A DNA stretch of 64,000 nt from NCBI GenBank assembly GCA_963664115.2, contig CAXWPJ010000009.1:384001-448000 (forward strand). The letters are read 5' to 3'. This DNA is from Terriglobia bacterium (GTDB taxonomy: Bacteria; Acidobacteriota; Terriglobia; 20CM-2-55-15). The first letter of the stretch is position 1, and the number at the start of each line of letters is the position of its first letter. The notes under the pieces are model-generated. The model ran no database searches. It was not told the DNA's origin and saw nothing but the letters and a program-made list of their open reading frames with translations. This document shows, piece by piece, positions 38,616 through 48,572 of the stretch. The position numbers and the translations under genes are program-made.

Positions 38616-40025
38616 CTACACCGGGGACTTCTCTTTCTTCTTACTCTTGATTCCGTGACGTTTGATCTTCTGGTTGAGCGTTGAAAGCGGCACGTGGAAG
38701 CTCAGGGCGGCCTCGGTCTGACTCCCGCCGGTCTGCTCCAGTCGATCGATAATCGTTCGCTTCTCAAAGGCATCAACGATCTCGAAAAGCGCCGCGTCCT
38801 CATCCAGGCCCAAGGACCCGACCGTAGCGAATCGCGAGGGTGGCCGGGTAACAGACTGGGGCAGCAGGTCCGGGCCGATGACATCTGAATAGGCCAGCAC
38901 GACGGCCCGTTCGACCGTATTTTCAAGCTCCCGAACGTTCCCTGGCCAGCTATAGTCCATGATCACCTTTAAAGCCTCCGCACTGAATCGGTACGTTGGC
39001 TTGTCGTTCTCCTGACAGTACTTTCGGATGAAGAAATCGACCAGCGGTGGTATGTCTTCACGTCGGTCCCGCAGGGGGGGTACCTCCAGAGCAATGACGT
39101 TCAAGCGATAGAAAAGGTCTTCCCTGAATTCTCCGGCATCGACCAGGGACCGGAGATCAGCGTTGGTCGCCGCAATGATTCGGACGTCCACCTTGATGGT
39201 TTCGGTTCCTCCGAGGCGCATGAATTCTCGCTCCTGAATGACACGGAGTAATTTGGCCTGCACGTCCGGCCCGATTGTCCCCACCTCGTCCAGGAAAATC
39301 GTTCCCTGATCGGCCACCTCGAACAGCCCCTTCTTCGCAGCCACCGCGTTAGTGAAGGCACCCTTCATGTGCCCGAACAGGGTGCTCTCGAGCAGGTCCA
39401 CCGGCATACTCCCGCTGTTGACGGGAACGAACGGTTTCTCCGCTCGCGCGCTCTTCAGGTGAATCGCTTTGGCAACCAACTCCTTGCCTGTGCCACTCTC
39501 CCCTTGGATCAATGTTGTGCTCCGGCTGGCGGCTACCTGAGTTACGAGATCGAGAAGTTCGAGCATGCACTCACTCTTTCCGATAATGTTGCTGTAGCCG
39601 AAGCGTTCCTTGAGAGCCCGCCGGAGCTGCAAGTTCTCGCTATGGAGCTTGCGCTGTTTGACAGCATTATTGACGCTCACCATCAACTTGTCGTTATCCC
39701 AGGGCTTCGTTACGTAGTCGAAAGCTCCTGAGCGGATAGCCTCGACGGCGGTTTCCACGACAGCCATTGCGGTAAGGATGATGACGGGGAGACTCGGATC
39801 GATGATCTTGAGTTCCTTCTGGACATCCAGGCCTGACCGGCCCGGCAACATAAGATCCAAAAGCACCAGATCGTAGGACTCAGTTTCGATTTGCTTGAGG
39901 CAGGCGTCGGCGTCGGCAACTGCATCGACAACTAAACCCTCAGAGCTCATCAGGAGTTCGATGCTGTCACGAATCCCCTCTTCGTCGTCCACTACGAGGA
40001 CTCGGGGCTTGCCTGGATTAGACAT
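38616..40025 (-). CDS. Sigma54-dependent response regulator (REC-AAA+-HTH, NtrC family)
   Basis: LVVDDE, GESGTGKE, GAFTNA, FLDEV, FREDLFYRLNV, WPGNVRELEN. Confidence 0.94.
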   Translation of the reverse strand: MSNPGKPRVLVVDDEEGIRDSIELLMSSEGLVVDAVADADACLKQIETESYDLVLLDLMLPGRSGLDVQKELKIIDPSLPVIILTAMAVVETAVEAIRSGAFDYVTKPWDNDKLMVSVNNAVKQRKLHSENLQLRRALKERFGYSNIIGKSECMLELLDLVTQVAASRSTTLIQGESGTGKELVAKAIHLKSARAEKPFVPVNSGSMPVDLLESTLFGHMKGAFTNAVAAKKGLFEVADQGTIFLDEVGTIGPDVQAKLLRVIQEREFMRLGGTETIKVDVRIIAATNADLRSLVDAGEFREDLFYRLNVIALEVPPLRDRREDIPPLVDFFIRKYCQENDKPTYRFSAEALKVIMDYSWPGNVRELENTVERAVVLAYSDVIGPDLLPQSVTRPPSRFATVGSLGLDEDAALFEIVDAFEKRTIIDRLEQTGGSQTEAALSFHVPLSTLNQKIKRHGIKSKKKEKSPV

Positions 40026-42759
40026 TCGCGGGCTTTCGCGCCAGTGGAAGCTCTAACCGGAACGTCGTTCCTTCTCCCGGTTGGCTCTCGACGTAGATGT
40101 TTCCGCCATGCTCCTGAACAATACCGTAAGAAACGGACAGACCGAGACCGGTTCCTTTACCGACCGCCTTCGTCGTGAAAAATGGGTCGTAAATCTTCTT
40201 GATGTTCTCGCCAGTGATGCCGGACCCGGTATCTTCGATCCAAACCCGCAATTTAGCCTCTGCCTGATCCGTGCGAATACGAAGACTGCCCCCATGGGTC
40301 ATCGCGTCTTTTGCATTCAGGAAAAGATTCAGGAAGACCTGTTGCATTTTGCCGGCGTTACCGAAGGCAAGGGGCGCGTCGGCGGCAAAGTCACGTTCCA
40401 CTCTGATCCCGGCGTTCTTCAATTGATGCTCCAACATCGAAACCGTCTCGGCAATGATCTGATGGATATCCAATTCCACGAACTCGGTGGCGTTCGTCCT
40501 GGAAAAGCTCAAGAGATTATTTACGATCTCGGACGCTCTGAACGTCTGCTTGATGATCTTGTCCATGAGCTTGTTTCGTTCGTCACCGGGATCGATTTGC
40601 TTGCGGAGAAGTTGGGAGTAGCTCGATATCACCGCGAGCGGCGTGTTGACCTCATGTGCCACGCCGGCAGCAAGCAGACCCATGGATGTCAGCTTGTCGT
40701 TCTGAACCAGCTGGTCTTCGAGCCGCACTCTTTCAGTAATGTCGTCGACGATAATCAAACGGCCCGCCGTACGATCCTCTTTGTCCAGGAGGGGAGTCGC
40801 CGAGAAATTAACGACGAGATCACCCCAACGGTGCTTATATAGGTTCCGTTCTTCTCGCAGGCGCTCCAGCGATTGTTCCGGAATTACGGTCGATGCCTCC
40901 TCACCGATCACTTCAGCCCGCTGACGCCCCGTAAGCCCTTCGAGGGCACGGTTCCAACCGACAATGCGCCCGCCGACTTCCACCATCACACCGACACTGA
41001 TCGATTCAATGATGTTCTCATTGAAATCCTTCAGTGTTTCGTATTCGGTCGCCTTATCCTCCAGCGACTGATACAGCGTGGCGTTCTCCACGGCGATACC
41101 GATGTAATCAGAAATCCCTTCGAGGAGATCAATATCTTCACTCGTCAGATATTCTCCGTCATGCGTCCGACCCATTCCGAGATAAGCGATCACGCGACCC
41201 TTTGCCCGACACGGGATGAAATAATTCAAACTCGATTCGTCATCTCCCGAAAATACGTAGGGCTGGTCGATGTCTTTGGACAGAGCGGGGTAAACAGTTC
41301 CTTCCGGAATGTCGAGCCCGTGCACGCGCGCCAGAACGAAACGGGAGGGATTGTCGGGGTCCTCCAAAAGGACGGCCATCTTGTCGACCAGAAGCGAGCT
41401 GGACAGACGTTCGACGATCCGGTCCAGCACTTTGGCGAGGTCCACTTCCGAGCCGAGCTTGCGGCCGAAATCGGTAACGGTCACTCTCAGGTTGTAGCGT
41501 TCCTTGTAAAAAAACTTGTCTAACCAGATCTGGATGTGTTCCTTTGTCGGAGCAAACAGGAAGGCGGCCACGATCGTGGCAATAATGCTTCCAATGATGC
41601 CGAGCTGGGGCAGGCCCTCCCCAAACAAATTACCCACAACAACGACGACTGTCACGTAGAGACCGACCACCATCGCTGTTGCGAGCGTATAAGCAACACC
41701 GCGCCTGAAGAGGATGTCCACGTCCATCAACCGATACCGGTGTATCGCCCATCCAAACGATAGAGGAATGAAAACGAGCGGGAAAAAGGCAACATCGGCG
41801 AATTCGGAGGGCACGAAACCGAATACACGCGGTAGGGACTGGAACAGGAAGAAGGAAACGGCGGCTACGGCGGTTCCGCCCGTCACCCACTTCATCTGCT
41901 GACGGAGTTCGGGCTCTTGGAGGGTTCTATAGCTATACGACAGGATTCCTGCACTGAGAACCAATAAGAGTCCGAAATGAAAAAGTCCAAGGGTATCAAG
42001 CAAATCCCGAAGAACCAGAGGCGAGGGGAAGAACCCGAGAATCCCGGTCACGAACAGGAGCCAGGTGGTCATCAGCAACCCGGCGGGAAGGTAGATCATC
42101 GGAACAATCAAACGGAAACGCTCAACCCACCGATTCCTGATCGGGAACTCAAGACACAAATGCATGAACAGCGGCGGCAGAAAAATTCCCGCTGCCAGGT
42201 CCGACCAATAGATCGTCCAGTCGAAGTCGTTGAACTTTCCCGTGTTGTGGAAGACGAAGTAGATGAAGGAAACCAGACAGACCAGGTAAAAGTGCGTTGC
42301 GTGGGGGGCCCGCCATCGCTTGGTCACGACGAAGAGCCCAACCAGCAGATACAGAACGCCGATGATTTCCAGATATGTAAACCGACTCTGAAAACGCTCT
42401 GGTTGGGGGGAAACCACTACCGTCGTTTCGAACGCCGCCTCGGCCCGCTCCAGCTGATACGTCGCCCGTGCCCACTCCCCGAGATCGTAGAGAACCTGAG
42501 TCACGTGCCTATCGTTCTGGATCGCAATCGCATCAATAGCAACCAGAACGTCGCCCCTTTCTATACCCGCCCGACTGCCTGGTCCGTCTGCCAGTACGAG
42601 CGCCGCCTCGACAGCGCCCGGCCGGCTCTCAATCCAGGAAACACCGTCATCCGGGGCGATCCAACTGCGCTTTTGCTCCACGTTGAGTCCGCCAAGGATG
42701 ATCATTCCCAAGCTCAGGATCACCGTGGCAATTAGCCGGAATGATAGGATTCGTGTCAT
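40018..42759 (-). CDS. Membrane sensor histidine kinase (PDZ, multi-TM, GAF, PAS, HisKA, HATPase)
   Basis: GPGSRAGIERGDVLVAID (PDZ); many TM helices; AHEVNTPL; NAKDAM, DTGSGI, FFTTK, GTGLGL. Confidence 0.92.
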   Translation of the reverse strand: MTRILSFRLIATVILSLGMIILGGLNVEQKRSWIAPDDGVSWIESRPGAVEAALVLADGPGSRAGIERGDVLVAIDAIAIQNDRHVTQVLYDLGEWARATYQLERAEAAFETTVVVSPQPERFQSRFTYLEIIGVLYLLVGLFVVTKRWRAPHATHFYLVCLVSFIYFVFHNTGKFNDFDWTIYWSDLAAGIFLPPLFMHLCLEFPIRNRWVERFRLIVPMIYLPAGLLMTTWLLFVTGILGFFPSPLVLRDLLDTLGLFHFGLLLVLSAGILSYSYRTLQEPELRQQMKWVTGGTAVAAVSFFLFQSLPRVFGFVPSEFADVAFFPLVFIPLSFGWAIHRYRLMDVDILFRRGVAYTLATAMVVGLYVTVVVVVGNLFGEGLPQLGIIGSIIATIVAAFLFAPTKEHIQIWLDKFFYKERYNLRVTVTDFGRKLGSEVDLAKVLDRIVERLSSSLLVDKMAVLLEDPDNPSRFVLARVHGLDIPEGTVYPALSKDIDQPYVFSGDDESSLNYFIPCRAKGRVIAYLGMGRTHDGEYLTSEDIDLLEGISDYIGIAVENATLYQSLEDKATEYETLKDFNENIIESISVGVMVEVGGRIVGWNRALEGLTGRQRAEVIGEEASTVIPEQSLERLREERNLYKHRWGDLVVNFSATPLLDKEDRTAGRLIIVDDITERVRLEDQLVQNDKLTSMGLLAAGVAHEVNTPLAVISSYSQLLRKQIDPGDERNKLMDKIIKQTFRASEIVNNLLSFSRTNATEFVELDIHQIIAETVSMLEHQLKNAGIRVERDFAADAPLAFGNAGKMQQVFLNLFLNAKDAMTHGGSLRIRTDQAEAKLRVWIEDTGSGITGENIKKIYDPFFTTKAVGKGTGLGLSVSYGIVQEHGGNIYVESQPGEGTTFRLELPLARKPANV

Positions 42760-42798
42760 TTTCGTTGAACGGGCCTGCGCCTCTGTGCACTAAGACAG

Positions 42799-42815
42799 TG
42801 CAATCCGCTCACCAA
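42799..42815 (-). promoter_or_regulatory. Putative sigma54 (-24/-12) promoter of the kinase-regulator operon
   Basis: TTGGTGAGCGGATTGCA has GG-N10-GC spacing, 40 bp above the kinase ATG. Confidence 0.6.
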
Positions 42816-42903
42816 AGAAGTATATATGTTTACACACACTTAGAGCGTCACTTCCGAAATAATACTGTTTTTGGGATACAAAATACAAAAATCCGTATTT
42901 CGT

Positions 42904-44559
42904 TCAGAACTTGAAGTGAATCCCGCCCTTAAGCAATCGCGGATACCCCGCATGCACCGTCCGCCGCGAGCCGAACGATGGCTCGAACAGGTTCCGGGCA
43001 TCGACAATCGCCTGGATCTTGGCGGGCAAGATTCTCAGGCTGGGTAAATCTTGCGCAATCGTGAGACTCAATGTGGGGTCGTTGTATTCAGCGAACCGTT
43101 GGTAGGGATCGATCGGAGCCAGTGAAAAACCGGAGGCCCACCGATAAATCGCCGTAACGGACGTCCGCGTCTGCTCAATATCCGTCTTAACACGGGCTGT
43201 AACGACATGAAAGTTCTTCTGCTCGGCTTGCGATAGCAGTTCCTCAGGCGAGATGACACCCGGGTCAAAGCCGATCCCATTCGCGTATGTGTAACCGACA
43301 CTCGCGTTGAAATCTCTGAACGCCCCCTCCATAGAAAACCGCAATCCCGAGGCGCCCGCCCGGGCACGATCAAAGAACACGATGGCACGACGGCCGTCGT
43401 CGGAATCAACCAGGAAAGCCTGGGTTCCCATCCGGTCGCGGAAAACCACAGCGGAAACCTGAACGACCTCCGACAGCGTGTGGCTCGCTCCAAATTCGGT
43501 GTGGGAGTAGCGCTCCATCTCGGGAGGGATATAGACGGAGCGGCCAAAGTACTCGCGACCGCGGATCGCATCGGTGGTGTCTTCCGGCGTCTGTCGCGAG
43601 AAAGAACCGTGAAGGGTCGTGCGGTGAGCCGGCGCCCAAGTCACACCAAAGGCCGGCCGGATATAGTTTTCTCCGTTGATCCCCTCCGCTCGACCCACAG
43701 ACGTGCCGTAATCAAAAACCAGATTGTCGGACCACCGCAGCTGCTCGTCGTAGTTGATCTGAATTTCACGCGCTTCAACACCACCCGCCCCGCCATTGAG
43801 CAACGCCCCCTGGCGCATGTTTACCGCGAGCGACGATCTGTGGCGATCGGCAGAAGAAAACTCATACGAGGCACCAAATCCGCGCGGCTGATTCGCGGCT
43901 TCATTGTATTGCCCTGAAAACGTGACACGGGAATCCAGAGCCAGCGGAAGGCTGAAAGAGAAGTGAGAACCTACGGAATCGCTCGATCCACCGGGCGTGT
44001 CCATCGAAGTCGAGTACACCTGAACATAGCCGGACGTCTCCGCACCTGCAAGCGCAGCGGCGACACCCTCATCATCAGCTGGGGCATCTTCGGCTAGCCG
44101 CAGTATGGGGCGCGTGGAAGGCGCACTCCGCAGCACCCACTTGATCTCTTCGAGGCTAGGACCCCGCACTCCACGACGGACAATGTCCATTGCCGTCTGG
44201 AGACTCAGAGTAAGCGCGACTTCAGCGCCAATGGTGAGATCTATGTTGGATGTTACCGCTGGAAGGAAATTGGATTTGGTGACCCGGACCAGGTAACGCC
44301 CGGCGAGCAGATCGGGAACAGAGAAAACTCCGAGGTGGTTGGTAAAGACAAACTCGCGAATAGAGGAGTCGACCGACTGGACCGCCACCAGCGCCCCGAC
44401 TAACGGCAAACCCGAGCTGTCCTGGACGCGGCCCTGGATCGTTGACAGATTCTGGGCGTCCGCGGTCCCAACTGCAAGCGTCCCGCTCACCAGCAGGACC
44501 CACAGAATTCTCGCGCCTAACCATCGGGGGGGCATCTTGCGAGGGGACATCTTACTCAT
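42904..44559 (-). CDS. Outer-membrane protein: carboxypeptidase-regulatory-like N-domain + beta-barrel (TonB-dependent receptor-like)
   Basis: Signal peptide, IQGRVQDSSGLPLVGALV..GRYLVRV, amphipathic strands, ARNLF, terminal GGIHFKF. Confidence 0.75.
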   Translation of the reverse strand: MSKMSPRKMPPRWLGARILWVLLVSGTLAVGTADAQNLSTIQGRVQDSSGLPLVGALVAVQSVDSSIREFVFTNHLGVFSVPDLLAGRYLVRVTKSNFLPAVTSNIDLTIGAEVALTLSLQTAMDIVRRGVRGPSLEEIKWVLRSAPSTRPILRLAEDAPADDEGVAAALAGAETSGYVQVYSTSMDTPGGSSDSVGSHFSFSLPLALDSRVTFSGQYNEAANQPRGFGASYEFSSADRHRSSLAVNMRQGALLNGGAGGVEAREIQINYDEQLRWSDNLVFDYGTSVGRAEGINGENYIRPAFGVTWAPAHRTTLHGSFSRQTPEDTTDAIRGREYFGRSVYIPPEMERYSHTEFGASHTLSEVVQVSAVVFRDRMGTQAFLVDSDDGRRAIVFFDRARAGASGLRFSMEGAFRDFNASVGYTYANGIGFDPGVISPEELLSQAEQKNFHVVTARVKTDIEQTRTSVTAIYRWASGFSLAPIDPYQRFAEYNDPTLSLTIAQDLPSLRILPAKIQAIVDARNLFEPSFGSRRTVHAGYPRLLKGGIHFKF

Positions 44560-44624
44560 GAAGCTTCTTCCCTCTGGCCGCTGGAGCCAAGCCCCGCCCG
44601 TCGGAGCGGGGACTGAGGCCTGGG

Positions 44625-46238
44625 TTATCGACTTGCGAGGAGCGGCTCTTGAACGACGAAATCGCTGGACTGGCTGACGATCTCGCCAGACAGGTTGTCT
44701 GTAATACGCACCTGGATCGTGTACTCTCCGAGCTCAAAATCGCTCAGATCAATCATTTTCTGCAGGGTCATCTGCTGCGCGGCTCCCGACAATTCGTTCG
44801 TCGTCTCCACGATCTTCTGTACTTCACGGCCGTCACGCGTGATGAGCGTTTCAACGGTTGCCGACGGCTTCTGATCGTTTTCATCGACCTGCAGGTTGTA
44901 AATCTGAATCCAGTAGTAGAGTTCCTTGTCCTGATAGAACTCCTGCTTCACGCTCGGGCGCACCCGCAGGCTCCCCAGTACGAACGGCGCGGAACCGATC
45001 TGTCTCGGTGGCACCGGCTCGATCAAATCTGCCACGATCAGGGAACTCGCCGTCAGCTGTTCACTCGAAAAGCGCGGGACAGCCAGCCGCTGGTTGATTG
45101 TGCCCACGTTTTCGCTTTGAACATCCTTGACGACCAGATCGATTTTGTAGAGGCCCGGACTCAGCGGCAGCACCTTCTGGTAAATCGAACTTCTATTCAG
45201 CGAATCGGTGAACAGAGCGTCCGGAGTGGCCAAAGTGATCGTGTCCTCAAACGTCTGCGCAATACGCCCGTTGATACCGGTCACCTGGCCGAAGATGTTA
45301 AGCGTCGCTTCATGAATCCCCTGGGTTTCCTGGAAAGCGATATCCCTGTTTCGAACAAGAATGGTGACCGGCGCCAAAACCGTCTCGTCGGTCACGCGGA
45401 CAAAGTCGGTCCTCACATCAAACGGAAGCAGGTTGTAGGAAAGATTCGTCGTAACGATCGCTTCCAGATCGGTGAACTTGATTTCCGGCGGCAGGAAAGC
45501 TTTTGTAAATAGCTCAAGCCGGTCGAACTGATTGTCACCGCCAATGCGTGTGCCCTGATAGGCACCCTGCTGGCGATCGAATATTGCCCTGTTCCTTTCG
45601 TCGCCGTCCTCCATCAGTTGCTCCCGCATCGTCATGCTTGAGCTAAGTGAGCTGCCCATCATTTCCTTCTCATACGGATGCAAGGCCAAGCGGAACTCAC
45701 CGGTCATGGTCGGGTCGACGAACTCAAATTCGATGTTGTTGCCGAGTCCGGGAAGATAGCGGTAGTACCACTTTTCAAAAGGATAGACATTTGTCATCCC
45801 GCCACCCTCTTCGATGGTCCGCTGGTAATTGCCTCCCTGAACCTGCCCCTCTTTGCTGGTCGGCTCACCGTGGATGATATAGATCCGGCCCCTGTCGGTC
45901 ATCCATCCCGGCTTGCCGGAAGAAAACCGCTCGTTGGTATGCGCGATGCGCCGGTAGTGCTCCTCCCGGTATTCGTTCTCTATCGAATCCGGGGTTGGGT
46001 CGCGTCTGAGCCAGAAGGTCTCGATAAAACTGGCACGCTGCTCATCCGCGGTCAGCGCTTCGAATGCGTCCTTTTCGTCAGACGTGATAATGAAAGCCAC
46101 GTCCTGATCCAACCACCTCTCCAACGCGCGATTCGCGCGCTCCAACCTGGCGCTGTCGCTGTCTCGCTGAGCCCATGCCGGCGCCGGGCCGACTAGGAGA
46201 GCGATCGCGATGGCCCCCACGATTAACCTACGACTCAT
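44625..46238 (-). CDS. GWxTD domain-containing exported protein
   Basis: WLDQDVAFII..E..AF, FWLRRDPTP..NEYREEHYRRI, PGWMTDRGRIYIIHGEP. Confidence 0.9.
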   Translation of the reverse strand: MSRRLIVGAIAIALLVGPAPAWAQRDSDSARLERANRALERWLDQDVAFIITSDEKDAFEALTADEQRASFIETFWLRRDPTPDSIENEYREEHYRRIAHTNERFSSGKPGWMTDRGRIYIIHGEPTSKEGQVQGGNYQRTIEEGGGMTNVYPFEKWYYRYLPGLGNNIEFEFVDPTMTGEFRLALHPYEKEMMGSSLSSSMTMREQLMEDGDERNRAIFDRQQGAYQGTRIGGDNQFDRLELFTKAFLPPEIKFTDLEAIVTTNLSYNLLPFDVRTDFVRVTDETVLAPVTILVRNRDIAFQETQGIHEATLNIFGQVTGINGRIAQTFEDTITLATPDALFTDSLNRSSIYQKVLPLSPGLYKIDLVVKDVQSENVGTINQRLAVPRFSSEQLTASSLIVADLIEPVPPRQIGSAPFVLGSLRVRPSVKQEFYQDKELYYWIQIYNLQVDENDQKPSATVETLITRDGREVQKIVETTNELSGAAQQMTLQKMIDLSDFELGEYTIQVRITDNLSGEIVSQSSDFVVQEPLLASR

Positions 46239-46643
46239 AAACCACCTCGATTGACGGATAATGCTTCATCTTAATGTGTCCAAATATCATAGCATTGGCG
46301 GCTAAACAGTCAAGCAATTCAGTGGTTTGGTAGTGCTAAGTTTCCGAGATGGACTCGTACCCAGCGGCTCCCGACGGCATCGCTCATTAGAAAACAAACA
46401 CGCTTCGACCGGTTGGCATGATTATTAAGCTTTGCGGCGCTGTTCCTCGTCGCCGGCGATTTCCCATCCGTCCCCAAACTGCTACAGTGTGTCTCAGAGC
46501 CAAGCCCAGAGGATTTGAGACGACTGGAAACTTCCAAAGTGAGACACAATCCCCAGCCAAGCGCCCATTCTCCCGGCGACGTCAGTCTCGGAAAGCCCCG
46601 ATTGCTGTCCCCCCATTGCGGCGTAGATGCTCTGCTGCTGGCG

Positions 46644-47066
46644 ATGGCAGCCATCTGGATGGCCGCCATTTTAGCCGCCCCGATTCTTGAAAACCGGGCA
46701 ATCTATACTCTCTTCTCCGCCATCTGCCACCAGATCCCTGCCAGGAGCTGGTTGCTAGGGGGAGAGCCCCTGGCCGCATGCATCCGCTGCACATCCATTT
46801 ACGCGGGTTTCTTTATCGCGCTCGTAGTACGCCTTCCCCCTGCGAGACGGTTCTTGCAGGTATCCGTTGCCCTAATGCTGCTGGAGCTGACCGTCGCTCA
46901 GCTCTGGATCGACCTTGAACTCGTCCGCGCCATCTCCGGTCTGCTGTTAGGTCTGGCGGCGGCAGGTTTCGTCTCCGAAGGGCTTCGGGAATTGATCTCA
47001 CGCCGGCCCCGATATCGGAGTTTCCCTCCCGCCACTCGCACAAAGGACATTCTTGAACACCTGTAG
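46644..47066 (+). CDS. DUF2085-like membrane protein
   Basis: ICHQIPARSW...CIRCTSIYAG; start uncertain (ORF open from 46515). Confidence 0.75.
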   Translation: MAAIWMAAILAAPILENRAIYTLFSAICHQIPARSWLLGGEPLAACIRCTSIYAGFFIALVVRLPPARRFLQVSVALMLLELTVAQLWIDLELVRAISGLLLGLAAAGFVSEGLRELISRRPRYRSFPPATRTKDILEHL

Positions 47067-47670
47067 ACACTGCGGGGCGACGCTGTCGGATGAGGCCCAG
47101 TACTGCATGCAGTGCGGGGGCGCGGCCGTCGAGGGGCCGGAACCATCCGAACCCTTACCGGTTTCCGGATTCGTCAAGCCCGCGATTCTCGGCGGCGCCC
47201 TCCTCGGAACCCTCTCCGCCCTCCCGATCATCAGTTTAGGTAACGTGCTTTGCTGTATGTGGGTGGTCGGTGGTGGTGCCCTGGCGGCATGGTTGCTGCG
47301 AAAGAAACATCCTCAGGGACCGGAATCGGTGACCTATGGGGATGGTGCTTTTGTGGGGGTTTTGAGCGGCTTGTTTGGCGCGGTTATCGCCACGGCGATT
47401 TCGATCCCGGTTCGTTTGTTGAGCGCCGAAGCACTGCGTGCCAATCTTGAGGCCGCGGAAGAAATGCTAGGCGATTTCGAAGGCCCGGTTCGGGAATTAT
47501 TGCTTCGGCTGGTTTCTCCGGAACTGTCTTTCGTCACTATTCTGGCAACCTTTTTTATGCACCTGGTGATGTTTTCCCTCTTCGCAATGGTCGGAGGAAT
47601 CCTGCTCCTGGCAATAATGGAACGCAAGTCGGGGGGTCCTGCCGCACCGCGTGCACGAACCGACGTTTAG
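47053..47670 (+). CDS. Zinc-ribbon + four-TM membrane protein
   Basis: CRHCG...YCMQCG then PAILGG..GTLSALP..NVLCC hydrophobic helices. Confidence 0.75.
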   Translation: MNTCRHCGATLSDEAQYCMQCGGAAVEGPEPSEPLPVSGFVKPAILGGALLGTLSALPIISLGNVLCCMWVVGGGALAAWLLRKKHPQGPESVTYGDGAFVGVLSGLFGAVIATAISIPVRLLSAEALRANLEAAEEMLGDFEGPVRELLLRLVSPELSFVTILATFFMHLVMFSLFAMVGGILLLAIMERKSGGPAAPRARTDV

Positions 47671-47786
47671 GTTTCTGGCCCGATCACCGACCCTACAGCC
47701 GCGGCGCCAGGGTTGAAAGATGACAAATGAAGGGGCGACAGGGGGCTAGCCTTTTTCTCGAGAGGGTCGCCGCGTGTGGCTATTCA

Positions 47787-48485
47787 TCACGCTCCAACGA
47801 AATAACCCACGATCTGATAGCCCATCAGAATGAAGCCTCCGGCCATCAGCGCGGAGTTGGTCAGGAAGGCGTGTTCCAAATATCCCTTTCGCGTGCGCCA
47901 GTAGCTTAAAGCAATGAAAACACCCGTGAGGGCGAGCATCTGCCCGATTTCCACCCCAACATTGAAACTCACAATGTTGGCAACCAGTCCATCCTGCGCC
48001 AGGGTAAACTCCTGGAGTTTGGTGGCGAGGCCCAGGCCGTGGAAGAGCCCGAATACCAGAACAGCGGCACGCGTGTCGATTTCGAAACCGAAGAACCGTT
48101 TGAAGCCGTCCACGTTTTCGAAGCCCTTATAGACCACAGACAACCCGATAATGGCGTCAATCACGTAAGCATTTACCTGCAATCCCCCGAGAACACCCGC
48201 GAGCAGCGTGACGCTGTGGCCGATCGTGAAGAGGCTCACGTACAAGGCAATGTCTTTCGCTCTGTAAAGAAAGAAGATGACGCCGACCAGGAAAAGGAGA
48301 TGGTCATAACCGGTCACCATGTGTTTGGCCCCGAGATACATGAACGGGCCGACGGCCGCTCCCTCGTTGGTCTGAACGAATTCGGCGTCTGCCTCTGAAA
48401 CACCATGTGCCTGGACTGAGCCCGGCAGGGACAGGGTCAGCACTAAGATGAGAAGCCCCAGGGCAAAAGACTTTCGGGTGTTCAT
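47787..48485 (-). CDS. HupE/UreJ family membrane protein
   Basis: AHG after signal peptide, GAKHMVTGYDHLLFL, FTIGHSVTL, FGLFHGLG, FNVGVEIGQ. Confidence 0.88.
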   Translation of the reverse strand: MNTRKSFALGLLILVLTLSLPGSVQAHGVSEADAEFVQTNEGAAVGPFMYLGAKHMVTGYDHLLFLVGVIFFLYRAKDIALYVSLFTIGHSVTLLAGVLGGLQVNAYVIDAIIGLSVVYKGFENVDGFKRFFGFEIDTRAAVLVFGLFHGLGLATKLQEFTLAQDGLVANIVSFNVGVEIGQMLALTGVFIALSYWRTRKGYLEHAFLTNSALMAGGFILMGYQIVGYFVGA

Positions 48486-48572
48486 GATGTCCAGCTTATA
48501 CCACTCGGCAAAGAATAAGACCAAAAAGGATTCCTGGCCCTCGGACGCTATCGGCGCACTGAACCGGCCAAC

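Noticed and set aside
47787-48485. HupE/UreJ as evidence of a hydrogenase or urease locus
   Set aside because: No such genes nearby; stand-alone members are common
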